Assembly: GCF_004010195.1 (NCBI RefSeq)
Contig: NC_057736.1
Span: forward strand, 5,853,376 to 5,917,375
Direction: 5' to 3'
Length of the DNA: 64,000 bases
DNA from: Chiloscyllium plagiosum
Lineage: Eukaryota
Part shown: positions 50,505 through 62,042 of the stretch, one piece after another
How the letters are laid out: every line of letters begins with the position of its first letter
Position numbering within the stretch: position 1 is the first letter of the stretch
Translations under genes and position numbers: made by a program
The notes under the pieces: generated by a model
What the model saw: the letters and a program-made list of their open reading frames with translations, nothing else
What the model was told of the DNA's origin: nothing
Databases searched by the model: none

Positions 50505-51189
50505 GAATATTTTAAGTTGACCTTGATTGTTATAAAAGCAGGGTTCACCTGATGCCTCTCTTAATAATGATAATCTGCCATTCTTACCCAGTCTGGCTGT
50601 CACATGACTCCAGTCCCATAACATGTTTGGTTCTTTAACTACTCACTGACATGGCCTAGCATGTATTAAAGGGCAGTTTGAGGTGGGCAGCAAATACTGA
50701 TCTTCCCAAAGGTGTTCTCATCCCACAAATAGTAGGAGAAACCCACAATTCACCAGGAAAGAACCACCCTCAACATGCGGGATTGTTGCTGATGATTTCA
50801 GTTTTGCTTTTCCTGTCTCGGGCAGCCTTCTCAGACCCAAAATCAGTTTGAACACTGAATTTGATTGAGGAAGAGGAGAAGGACAACGTACACCAAAAAG
50901 CATGGCTGTTTCTTTTTAATCGATGAATCCACAACATCTCCCTCTGAGAAGCATCCAGTTGTCTTCAGGGCACTTACTCTGGTGCTGGTGAGCTCTGGTA
51001 GCTTGGTCTACACACTCTTTAATTTGTTCATGGGAAATGGGAATTGTTGACTAGGCCAGATTTTGCTTTATTGCCTAGTGGCCATTTGAGAGCCTGGAAT
51101 CACATGTGGACCAGACCAGGTAAGGATGGCAGATTTCCTTGCCTAAAGTACATTAATAAACCTGATAGGTTTTCATGACTGTTTTTGAG

Positions 51190-51383
51190 ATCAGAAATCA
51201 TATGGCACCAGGTTATAGTCCAACAGGTTCATTTGAAATCACAAGCTTTCAGAATACTTCTCCTTCATCAGGAGCAGTGCTCCAAAAGCTTGTGATTTCA
51301 AATTAACCTGTTGGACTTTACCTGGTGTCATATGACGTTTGACCTTGTCCACCCCAGTCCAACACCAATACCTTCACAACATG
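51190..51383. mobile_element. Fold-back element family B (variant)
   Basis: Inverted arms around ccttcatcagg; catgactgtt on both flanks. Confidence 0.8.
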
Positions 51384-52499
51384 ACTGTTGTTATGACTAC
51401 AATTACTTTGACATTAGGTTGGCTTTTATTTCAGATTTTTTTTAATTCACCTGGTGATGGGTCTGTGGAGAGATTCGACCGCATGTTCACAGAACTCCAG
51501 TCTGAGGCTCTGGATTATTAACACAGTGATATTCCTGCCATTTGTTAGCTTTGGAATAGAAAGTGATTTTTGATTTCCAACTTCTAAATTTATCTTACAC
51601 CCATTTATTATTTAATCTCCTTTCATCACGGCAAACAATTTGCCTGGATTGATTTTGTAATTGCACTTTTTCAAAACTTCAATTACATCGCCCCAAGTCT
51701 CCACTTCAGCAAGTGCTGTGGGTATTTGATTTTGTTCAGATCCCTCTCTAATCGTGAAGGGTTATTACATTGTCGACAAATCCCTGATTTCCAGATGAAG
51801 GATTTCTGCTTATTCCACTCCAATTGAGTCAGAACACAATCTTTGGTCAGACCTGACCTGAAGGCAGTGTTCAAACTACTTGATTGAATTTTTGAGTTCA
51901 ATTTCTCAATTACCTTTTATGACTTTTTTTAAAAAAAAAAGAAAAATCAGCACTAAATTACCACGTTGTCAAGTTCAAATATTTTGCTTTTTAATTCTAT
52001 TCACTTTCCGACTGAAATGATAGCAGTTGACAGCCTGGGTTTATATACCAAACAAGGGGCAATTTGCATTGCTGAATTGAATGAACATCAAACAAAATAG
52101 ATACATCAATCCATTAAGAGGGCAGGACAGAAAGCCACCTAGACTTTTTCCTTCCCTGATTGTGATTAAAAGTGCCATCAATAAGTGGGGCCAAGAGAAT
52201 AGTGAAGTTTTAAGACTCTTTAGTAGCCTCTTGAGTGCAATATTAGCTTAGTCCCGATAGATTTCCAGGCATTTCAAATCCTGTAGTTGCTGGGAATGCA
52301 AGAATACTGTTTTGATAAAATAACAGTGATAAATTGGCTTGCAGTTGTCGCCATCCCTCGGTCAATAGACCAATCCAGAGATGGATTTGTGTTTTCCACT
52401 TCTTTTTCTCCCTTCAGCAGGAAGGAAGAAAGCAAATATTCCTAAATCTCCTGTGTATGTTGCTCAAGGTGAGACCAAGAATAAAACCAAAAAATGACA

Positions 52500-52627
52500 T
52501 GGTTAAAAATCACACAACACCAGGTTATAGTCCAACAGATTTATTTGGAAGCACTAACTTTCAGAGCACTGCTCTTTCCTCAGGCGCTTTAATTTTGTCC
52601 ACCCCAGTCCAACACCGGCACCTCCAG
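52500..52627. mobile_element. Family B partial copy
   Basis: aaatcacacaacaccaggttatagtccaac...ccccagtccaacaccggcacctcc. Confidence 0.75.
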
Positions 52628-53329
52628 TAGTCTTTCCTGTTTCTTTTCCCAGCACATACTAGTTTTCAGCACGAAGGCAACTGTGAAAAGTAACCCTCTA
52701 CCTGTGAATAGAAACTTTATTTTGTATGTGAAGTGACTGAAGTAGCAGATTGTTTAGTTGCATTAATTTATACTTTTGAAGCTTTCATATAGACCAAAAC
52801 CAATGTAGCTTTCCACTGTGCGTTTGGAACTTTCTGGTTGGTGGACGGCCGGCATGCTGACAAACTGTTTGTGTATTTCAGTAAATTGCAAATGCTGTTT
52901 TTATTGAAATGTGAAATTCATACTGAAATAACAGGCTTTCTTAGTGAAATATAAACCAAACAGTTCTGAACTCTGCTGAGGTGAAATTAACAAAACTAAG
53001 GTGCTGTTCCTGACGGTGGATTGGAATTGACTGTCACTCCTACTCAGGATAGGAACCATCACGTGCCCAATTTCGATGTAAATCTTGGGGACACAGGATC
53101 AGATCTTGCAAACAATGGGCACTACCTTATAGGCCATAACCTATTTCCATTTGGACCCATCCATTCCCTCCGTGACCCAAAACATGTCAATTGGTGTCTG
53201 TCCCATTGCTGTTCAAGTCCTGAACCACCATTCTCCTTCCAACTCATCCCAACTCATCATTGCCACTACTGGTTACCTAGCTTCTCCTGCTTTCCTCCCT
53301 TGTGACATCGAGTTAGACAAACAAAACCT

Positions 53330-54203
53330 TCGTCATTTTTGTCATCTCCAAACAGACCCCACCACCAAGGATATATTTCCCTCCCCTCCCTTATCAGCAT
53401 TCTGGAAAGATCACTCCCTCCGCGACTCCCTTGTCAGGTCCACACCCCCTCCAATCCCAGCACCTTCCCCTGCAACCGCAAGAAATGCAAAACTTGCGCC
53501 CAGACCTCCCCCCCTCACTTCCCTCCAAGGCCCCAAGGGATCCTTCCATCTCACCTGCAACTCCACACACATCATTTACTGCATCCGCTGCAGCCGATGT
53601 GGCCTCCCCTACTTTGGGGAGACAGGCCGCCTACTTGCGAAACATTTCAGAGAACACCTCTGGGACACCCGCACCAACCAACCCAACCACTCCGTGGCTG
53701 AACACTCTAACTCCCCCTCCCACTCCGCCAAGGACATGCAGGTCCTTGGCTTCCTCCATCGCCAGACCATGGCAACATGACGCCTGGAGGAAGAGCACCT
53801 CATCTTCCGCCTAGGAACCCTCCAACCACAAGGGATGAATGCAGATTTCTCCAGCTTCCTCATTTCCCCTCCCCCCACCTTATCTCAGTCCCAACCCTCG
53901 GACTCAGCACCGCCTTCTTGACCTGCAATCTTCTTCCCGACCTCTCCACCCCCACCCCCTCTCCGGCCTATCACCCTCACCTTAACCTCCTTCCACCTAT
54001 CGCATTCCCAATGCCCCTCCCCCAAGTCCCTCCTCCCTACCTTTTATCTTAACCTGCTTGGCACACCCTCCTCATTCCTGAAGAAAGGCTAATGCCCAAA
54101 ACGTCAATTCTCCTGGTCCTTGGATGCTGCCTGACCTGCTGCGCTTTTCCAGTAACACATTTTTCAGCTCTGATCTCCAGCATCTGCAGTCCTCACTTTC
54201 TCC
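53330..54203 (+). mobile_element. Penelope-like element 3' half: GIY-YIG endonuclease remnant plus family A terminal repeat
   Basis: FPCNRKKCKTC Zn-linker, HIIYCIRCSRCGLPYFGETGR...FREHL, EEHLIFRLGTLQPQGMN; hammerhead core at 54078-54105; TSD caaacaaaacct at 53318-53329 and 54203-54214. Confidence 0.93.
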
Positions 54204-55429
54204 AAACAAAACCTCCAGTCAGATCCATAGATTAAAGAATCTTGCCTGGTGAACACACCTTTATTTGTGCCTTCAGGAGATGTGAGTGCCCAAGTATTGC
54301 CCAGTTAATTTGAAACCTCCTTTCAAGATTTTGAAATGCTCTCCGTTGTGTGTTCCTCATATGCAGATGGATGGAGAATAAGTATCTGCTATTGGATGGT
54401 AAATGATGGATCCACCACTGGTTGCCAAGTTTATCCCAAGGGATGTCATCCTGACATCACGAAAATGAACTTTGGTTTCAATCCTGGTTTCCTGAACTGA
54501 GACCCCATCCAATTCTGTTCTGGCTTTCAGTCCCTGTCCCCTTTTGCAGCATCTCCATCCGGCTCCTGTCATGCTTGGCCACCAGTGCCCACTTCACCTA
54601 GGCCTTTGGATAGTAATGGCAGTTATGTGCTCACATAATGCCAATGGTATTTCATCTGAATACATAACGGACTCTTCCAACTTGAGATGAAGGTCTTTGT
54701 CACCTGCCATGTAAAATGTTTAGAGTTAGTCAGGGCAGTGAAGGACTGGATATGTCCCCACCTCCTCTTTTAATTACTACCTGCTCTGAAATCAAGACCA
54801 ATGTACCAGCCCTCAAAACCAGGGAAGAACAGAACACTCAAATTGAGGCATGCAGTTTGTTTAGTGTTTAAAAACAACAAATCAGTAAGTTAAGAATATG
54901 AAGTATTTTGTCACAATGAATTAAAAATGCACTGATATACATTTTAAGGATGGAGTGAATTCACAAAGATATCCGGGATAAATGTGAATTTTTAATCATT
55001 AATTAACTACTTTGCATAAAGTTTTGCGTGAAAAGAGGGGCAAAAATATTCTGTTGAGAAATGCCTTCAGTTCATATTTTTGTTGTCCATTTGTGACTGT
55101 TGGTTGCTTAGCATAACAGAAGTAGACATAGCTTTGTCTATTCAAAGTGTGTAAACAATACAATGATAACTGAGTGAAGACTGCAATGTTTATCCTGAAT
55201 ACAAGACTATGAAAGTTCATGAACAATACTCCCACATAATGATCATTCTGGAAAGAGTCAAACCAGGGAACAGTTACAACAGTGACCCCTTGAAGTCTAA
55301 TGCACGTCTTTGAGTTAGCTTTAGAATTCTGTGTGCAGCCTGTTGTTAATTCCAGTGAGTGATGATTGTCAAATGTACATTTATATTTTTCAATGACTAG
55401 TGTTTTATAAGTATGGAAGTATAAGCTGT

Positions 55430-56000
55430 GACTCATTGGGTAGCATTCATCTCTGCAATAGACGTTTGTGGATTCATTCGTACTACAGAATTTGAGCTCA
55501 AAGCTCTGGGCTGAAACTTCAATGTTGGTGCTGTCTTACAAATGAGGCATTAAAGCAACATAATGTCTGCCTGAATGCAGGTGGATGCAAAAAATCCAGT
55601 AGTTTGATTACAAAGAAAAATAGAGAAATTCTCCTTGGTGCCAATAATTATTCTTCAGTTGATGTTACAAAAAGAGATTACCAGTCAATATCAACCGCTG
55701 TTTGAGGGAGCTTAGAACATAGAACATAGAACAATACAGCACAGAACAGGCCTTTCGGCCCACGATGTTGTGCCGAACATTTGTCCTAGCTTAAGCACCC
55801 ATCCATGTATCTATCCAATTGCCGCTTAAAGGTCACCAAAGATTCTGACTCTACCACTCCTTGTTATGAGCAAATTGGCTGCAGCACGTCCTACATCGTA
55901 ACAGTGACTACACTTCTTCAAAAGTTTTCGGTTGACTCTAAAGCACTTTGGCATGTCCTGAGGTGGTGAAAGGCCGTGTGTAAATGCAGTTTATTTTCAA
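55430..56000 (+). mobile_element. Deu-domain-type SINE split by a CR1 tail (55714-55860, minus)
   Basis: caggtggatgcaaaaaatcc...gcaaattggctgc...gtgactacacttc...aaagcactttgg...gtgaaaggc...taaatgca; insert begins agaacatagaacatag. Confidence 0.65.
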
Positions 56001-57391
56001 ATGAATGCTGCCTCTTTCCTGGCAACACGTATTTCATAACTCTGCCTGAAGCTACAAGTATTCTGTCACTTAAATTGAGATTATCTGTCTGTCTGTCTAT
56101 CTGTGTCTACTGGGCAAACTGTAGAATTGAAGCATTTGTTGTGAAGAACTAGCAGACAATTTCTGTGCTTCTCTTGGATCTATCCTAATGCCTGCAGATA
56201 GCACCCGCCAGAAATCAAAGCAGTTACTTCTGGTCGATTTCTTGTTTTATTCGGTGTCCTGTATAACTACACTTGAATTACCATAGTAACTTCACAGTCC
56301 CTTTTTACTCTGGTTTGTCTGATACCAGTCAGAGCATTGGGTGGCAGCACCATGGTAGGCAGTGTAGAATTTCAAGATGATGTATTGAAATAGTTGAGAC
56401 TGTTATGCTGAGATTTGATGCCTTGTTTTGTCTTTGAGACACCATAGAAAATGCCAGGCTTATACACTGAGCAGCTGCTGAGAAACAAGCGCAAACCAGT
56501 GTTCCTCTACGCCAGCTGGATAAATTTCACTGAAACCCTACTGTTAATTGAATCCAAGCTTTACAGTGAAGAACAAAACTAGATTCTTTTTTTCCCTCCT
56601 CTAGTAGATTTATTCATCAGATGCAGCTTTGCAAATCTTTGCCTGCTAACTACCCACCCAGTGTCCCAGCTGACTCCCTCTCTATTCTTTTGCATTTGTC
56701 AAATCAACTAATTAACTACTTAATTCGCTGGGTTGGTTTTTCCTGCTTTTTCTGCTCTGTGTGTATCTGGGCAATTTTCCACTTTGTCAGGGCAGATGGC
56801 AGGTTTGTAGCTGCACTGGAACAGCTTGGCTAGGGGCGTGGCAAGTTGTGGAGCACAAGTCTTCAGTACTATTGTCAGAGCCCAGGACCTATTGCAATCT
56901 TCAATATCCTCAGTCGTTTTTTGACATCATGTGGAATGGAGTGAATTGGCTGAACACTGGTACCTGTAACACAGGGGACCACTGGAAGAGGCAGAGGTGG
57001 ATGGTCCACTTGCTACTTCTGGCTGAAGATTGTTGAGAATGCTTCTGCCTTATTTGTTACATTCACGTACTGGACTCTCCCAACATTGAGGATGGAGCTA
57101 TTTGTGGAGCCTCTTCCCTCTGTTAGTTGTTTCCAATTATCCATCACTATTCATGATGGAATGTGATGGAACTGCAGATTGGGCCTGTTAGTTGTGTAAT
57201 TGCTGCCTATCACTTGCTGCCTATCACTTGCTGCTTATGCTGTTTTATATCAATGTATGTAGTCCTGTAGGGGTTCACCAAGTTACTAACTCCATTTTGC
57301 AGCAGGTATGCTCTCCTACACTCTTCTTCCTTACATTTGGACATTGAAAAATAATGCTTTGCTCACACAACCCTTAGTTAGACTGTGTTCA

Positions 57392-57705
57392 TTAGATTAG
57401 ATTCCCTACAGTATGGAAACAGGCCCTTCGGCCCAACAAGTCCACACCGACCCTCTGAAGAGTAACTCACCCAGACCCATTCCCTCTGACTAATGCACCT
57501 AACACTATAGGCAATTTACCATGGCCAATTCACCTGGCCTGCACGTCTTTGGTGAGTGGGAGGAAACCGGAGCGCCTGGAGGAAACCCCGTAGACACAAG
57601 GAGAACATGCAAACTGCACACAAACTGTTGCCAGAGGCAGGCATCTAACCCGGGTCCCTGGCGGTGTGAGGCAGCAGTACTAACCACTGAGCCACCGTGC
57701 CACCC
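57392..57705 (-). mobile_element. HE1-like V-SINE
   Basis: Same structure as 46110-46430. Confidence 0.9.
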
Positions 57706-58075
57706 ATGTTATGTGATTCACTAATATGATGATTGAGCTTTAATAATCACCATTGTAACATTTGCCAGAGACTCCATGTGCTTCACATGACACTTGTGTA
57801 ATCCACTATATCAATTACTTTCATCTCATTGTGGTTTTGACTCTTGTCCTTTCCAACATTTTTGGGTGGAGAGTCATCATATTTCAGTTCAGTTAGACCC
57901 ATAACACCATAAGATGTAGGAGTGGAAGTAAGGCACATCGAGTCCACTCCGCCATTTAATCATAGCTGATGGGCATTTCAATTCTAGTTACACAGCAGAG
58001 ATTTGAACATTTTTAATGACAACAAAGCTAAGGAAACCCCTTCACCCCCCGCCCTTTTCCACCTTCCACAGGGAC

Positions 58076-58190
58076 AAAGGAGCTCTGAAAGCTTGTGACT
58101 CCATATAAACCTGTTGGACTATAACCTGGTGTCATATGACTTCTGACTTTGTCCACATCAGTCCAACACTGCCACCTTCACATTATGACC
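58076..58190 (+). mobile_element. Family B partial copy
   Basis: gaaagcttgtga...cctgttggactataacctggtg...cagtccaacac. Confidence 0.72.
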
Positions 58191-58387
58191 ATAGGGATAA
58201 TCAGATACACTTTGGATGGTTGCTTTGGAGAGCAGAAAAGCACATTAAAAAAAACTCCAAACTATGAAATGTAAATGTGTGATATGTGAAACTTCCCATA
58301 TAGGGAAAATAGAAAAGGAAATGAGGGCAGTTTCATGTTTGACTGGATAGATGAGTTTCCTCATTGTTTGATTAAAATTTTGATATT

Positions 58388-58686
58388 AGTTTAGATTACT
58401 TACAGTGTGGAAACAGGCCCTTTGGCCCAACAAGTCCACACCGACCCTCTGAAGAGCGGCCCACCCAGACCCATTCCCCTACATTTACTCCTTCACCTAA
58501 TACTACGGGCAATTTAGCATGGCCAATTCACCTAACCTGCACATCTTTGGACTGTGGGAGGAAACCAGAGCACCCAGAGGAAACCCACGCAGACACGGGG
58601 AGAATGTGCAAACTCCACACACAGTTGTCCGAGGTGGGAATTGAACCCAGGTCTCTGGCACTGTGAGGCAGCAGTGCTAACCACTG
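58388..58686 (-). mobile_element. HE1-like V-SINE
   Basis: Same structure as 46110-46430. Confidence 0.9.
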
Positions 58687-59217
58687 TTCAGAAGTTTCAT
58701 TAATTCCACTTTTGTTAACCAGTATGGTCAAACTAATTGCGGTCCTTTTCAAGGAATGGGTTTTAAAAAGGAAAGAGAATTTCCATTCATGAAGGTCCCA
58801 GGTATTAAAATCAGATTGCATTCAAAAGGATATTTGTCAATATTTTATCATTATGGTGACAAATATGTATTGAAAAACTTAAGGTTCATTAAAATGCAGC
58901 CAAAGTGCTCAATGGATTCTGCAGCTAACTGTCTAGTGAAGAGGTATCTGTCTTCAGGAGATAGCACTTACCTCCACTTTAGAAGGTATAGTGAAGGTTT
59001 CGAGATACACAACCAAAAAAAAATTTCACAGGTATCACAAAGAGACCGCCACTGATCAACTAGAATTTGAACTGTCAATGATTGATTTTAAATATTATAT
59101 CTAACTGTATTCACACTGAGCTGTGCACTCCTCTCTTAACCAATAAACTGGTTGCTGCAGGTGGCCTACGGAAGGATTAGGGATGCTGTCTTCTAGTTTC
59201 CTTCAGGTTTGAGTGTG

Positions 59218-59720
59218 AGTTTTGAGAAGATTTGTAGCTCAAGTTGAGGTTATGGATGTAGGGTTGCTCACTGAGCTGGAAGGTTCATTTCCAGACGCTT
59301 CGTCACCCTACTAGGTCACATCTTCAGTGGGCCTCAGGCGAAGTACTGCTGATAACTCCTGCTTACTATTTATATGTTTGGGTTTCTTTCAGTTGGTGAT
59401 GTCATTTCTTGTGGTGAAGTCACTTGTTGTTCTTTTTCTCGGGGGTGGTAGATAGGGTCTGACTCGATGTGTTTGTTGATAGAGTTCTGGTTGGAATGCC
59501 ATGCTTCTAGGAATTCTCATGCATGTCTTTGTTTGGCTTGACCTAGGATTAATGTGTTGTCCCAGTCGAAGTGGTGTCCTTTCTCATCCGTATGTAATGA
59601 TACTAGTGAGAGAGGATCATGTCTTTCTGTGGCTAGTTGGTGTTCGTGTATCCTAGTGGCTAGTTTTCTGTCTGTTTGTCCAATGTAGTGTTTTTTACAA
59701 TTCTCGCATGGTATTTTGAG
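59218..59720 (-). mobile_element. Penelope-like element family D, 3' end (GIY-YIG remnant plus hammerhead)
   Basis: KIPCENCKKHYIGQTDRKLATRIHEH; CCA-CUGAAGA...GAAGCGUC-UGG at 59291-59330. Confidence 0.85.
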
Positions 59721-61567
59721 TGTGACCTTGGATGAAACTGTCAGACGGGTTTAGGCAGTGCATTCTATTGCTCATTTATGCATCTTTATCCACCCATCAC
59801 ATCTTTCTGCTGGAAAGAATGCATTCAATTAACATCAGCAACAACTCACATTCTGTACAAAGGATGCTGGGACAGAAAGGGAATATGGTACCATCACTGC
59901 TTAAACTTAGGCTGTCTGAGCATGGCTTGACAAAAAGGGTGAAGATGTGTGTGTGTGTGTGTATACACACGTACGTACAAGCTGGTCATATTTGATATTT
60001 CCTGGTAGCAGTGTTCTACTAACTAAATTGACAGCTGAGCGGCAATGTAATTTCAGATTATTTCAATGGCAATGCTGATGAAGCAATCATGCATGTTAAA
60101 AATTATAGAGTAAGGGCTAAGGGAAATTATTTATCCTGTCCAGTTTCAATCTAGTAAAGATAGGTTCACTGCATTCTATTAGTTTCAAACTAAGGACAAG
60201 AAAGATTGCATTTGTAATGCTTTCAAAAATAGTTTGAACATGTGGACCATGAGAAATAATATCTACCTTATTAGAAATGTTGTGTATTTCTTATTTACCT
60301 TGATAGACACAAGTGGGAAGTGAACTGAGGTATAGAATCTGCATATGAACAATAAGTAGCAATAAAAAAGGATTAGGATCAGTCTTAGTTGGCCAGAGTG
60401 CCTGTTCTTGTATTGTATTTCCTTTTCTATTTGTTGAATGATGGAGCCCAATAAAAATGGAAAAGTATTACAGAGACACTGCTTTGTATCGACAGACTGA
60501 TGGTTAGCATTAGTTTCTTCTTGATAATGCTTTTTTATTGTTGAATAGCTTCATTTGCATGCCGTTTTCACTTTTTATTTTGCTTGTGGTGCTTTGGTTG
60601 TAGTGCTAAATAATTTTTTCCATAATTTCTTCCTGTGTTGGCCAAATAAATGTCAAGTTATTGGCTGCAAGTTTATCCAGCCAAAGAGCTTCATTTAAGA
60701 ACCAGCGCTGATTCTGGTTTAATAAGTTGAATGAATTTTTGTGTTGGAGTTTCTCTGACATTGTCCTTTAATGCAGGAAACTTTATATAAAATTTAAATT
60801 GTTGTAGGCCATTTGTTGGGAATCCAATCCTTAGTACCATCAGATCCTGTGATCGTGGTTCTCCTTTTGTAAGCTGTTTGCTTTTGTTTCGAACAACCTG
60901 TCAAACTGAAGTAGCCTCTGCTCCCTATAATTTTAATGCCTGCTTCTGCCAGTTTCCTTTACACTTTTTCACAAGAACAGAGAAGTCCGTCGGTTTTTTT
61001 GTACCGTGGAGTCATATTTCAGAGAAGGTGAATGCTAGGCAGCCAGAACTTGTTTCACTCGTGGTTCTGAACATTTCATCTGAGGTATGTTCCACAGATT
61101 TTATTTGTCTGGATTTAAACCCAAACCTACAAACAGTTACTGAATAATATCTGAACATTCTGCGCAAACTATTTCCTTTCTGATGTGGTGCCAAAACCTT
61201 TTTAAGCAATTGGATTCAGTGTCCATTGTTCTGAATTGGGGACCCAGAAAATTAAGACTTTTCATGTGCACTGACTATTGTTGTCCTTTTTAGTTGTGGA
61301 AGTCATGGGTTTGGAAGGTGCTGTCAAGTTAACATTATGTTTGCATGTTTGAGGTATTTGTTCTGTTTGTAATAGGGATGACTTGGAAATTGTCCACCAC
61401 ACATGAATCAAGCAGGTAATACATTGGCGCAATAAACAGATATTTTGATTGCATGTTTTAATATTCTGTATATTGTACTGATCTACTGAGTAACTGGATG
61501 AGAGATTGGGAATATTGATCAGAGATCGTTGACGTGAGGCCCATTTTTGCACAAATAAAGAGTTCAA

Positions 61568-62042
61568 AGTTTGTGCGAAGATTTGTAGCTCGGGTGCTCG
61601 TTGTTGTGGTTCTGTTCGCCGAGCTGGAAGTTTTTGTTGCAAACGTTTCGTCCCCTGGCTAGGCGACATCATCAGTGCTTGGGAGCCTCCTGCAAAGCGC
61701 TTCTTTGATGTTTCCTCCGGTGTTTATAGTGGTCTGTCCCTGCCGCTTCCGGTTGTCAGTTTCAGCTGTCCGCTGTAGTGGTTGGTATATTGGGTCCAGG
61801 TCGATGTGTTTGTTGATGGAGTTTGTGGATGAATGCCATGCCTGTAGGAATTCCCTGGCTGTTCTCTGTCTGGCTTGCCCTATGATAGTAGTGTTGTCCC
61901 AGTCGAATTCATGTTGCTTGTTGTCTGCGTGTGTGGCTACTAAGGATAGCTGGTCGTGTCGTTTCGTGGCTAGTTGATGTTCATGTGTGCGGATTGTTAG
62001 CTGTCTTCCTGTTTGTCCTATATAGTGTTTAGTGCAGTCCTT
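61568..62042 (-). mobile_element. Penelope-like element family D, 3' end (young copy)
   Basis: KDCTKHYIGQTGRQLTIRTHEHQ...AREFLQAWHS...INK, a GIY-YIG C-terminal region. Confidence 0.9.
61639..61678 (-). ncRNA. Minimal type I hammerhead ribozyme motif (intact core)
   Basis: GCA-CUGAUGA-U-GUCGCC UAGCCA GGGGAC-GAAACGUU-UGC: stem I GCA/UGC, stem II, palindromic ACGU stem III. Confidence 0.8.

Noticed and set aside
56790-56833. Peptide VAALEQ resembling the start of NKAIN1 exon 2 (VAALERQ)
   Set aside because: Lies in an antisense LINE fragment, stops after a few codons, and lacks the FDFLGYQWAPIL motif.
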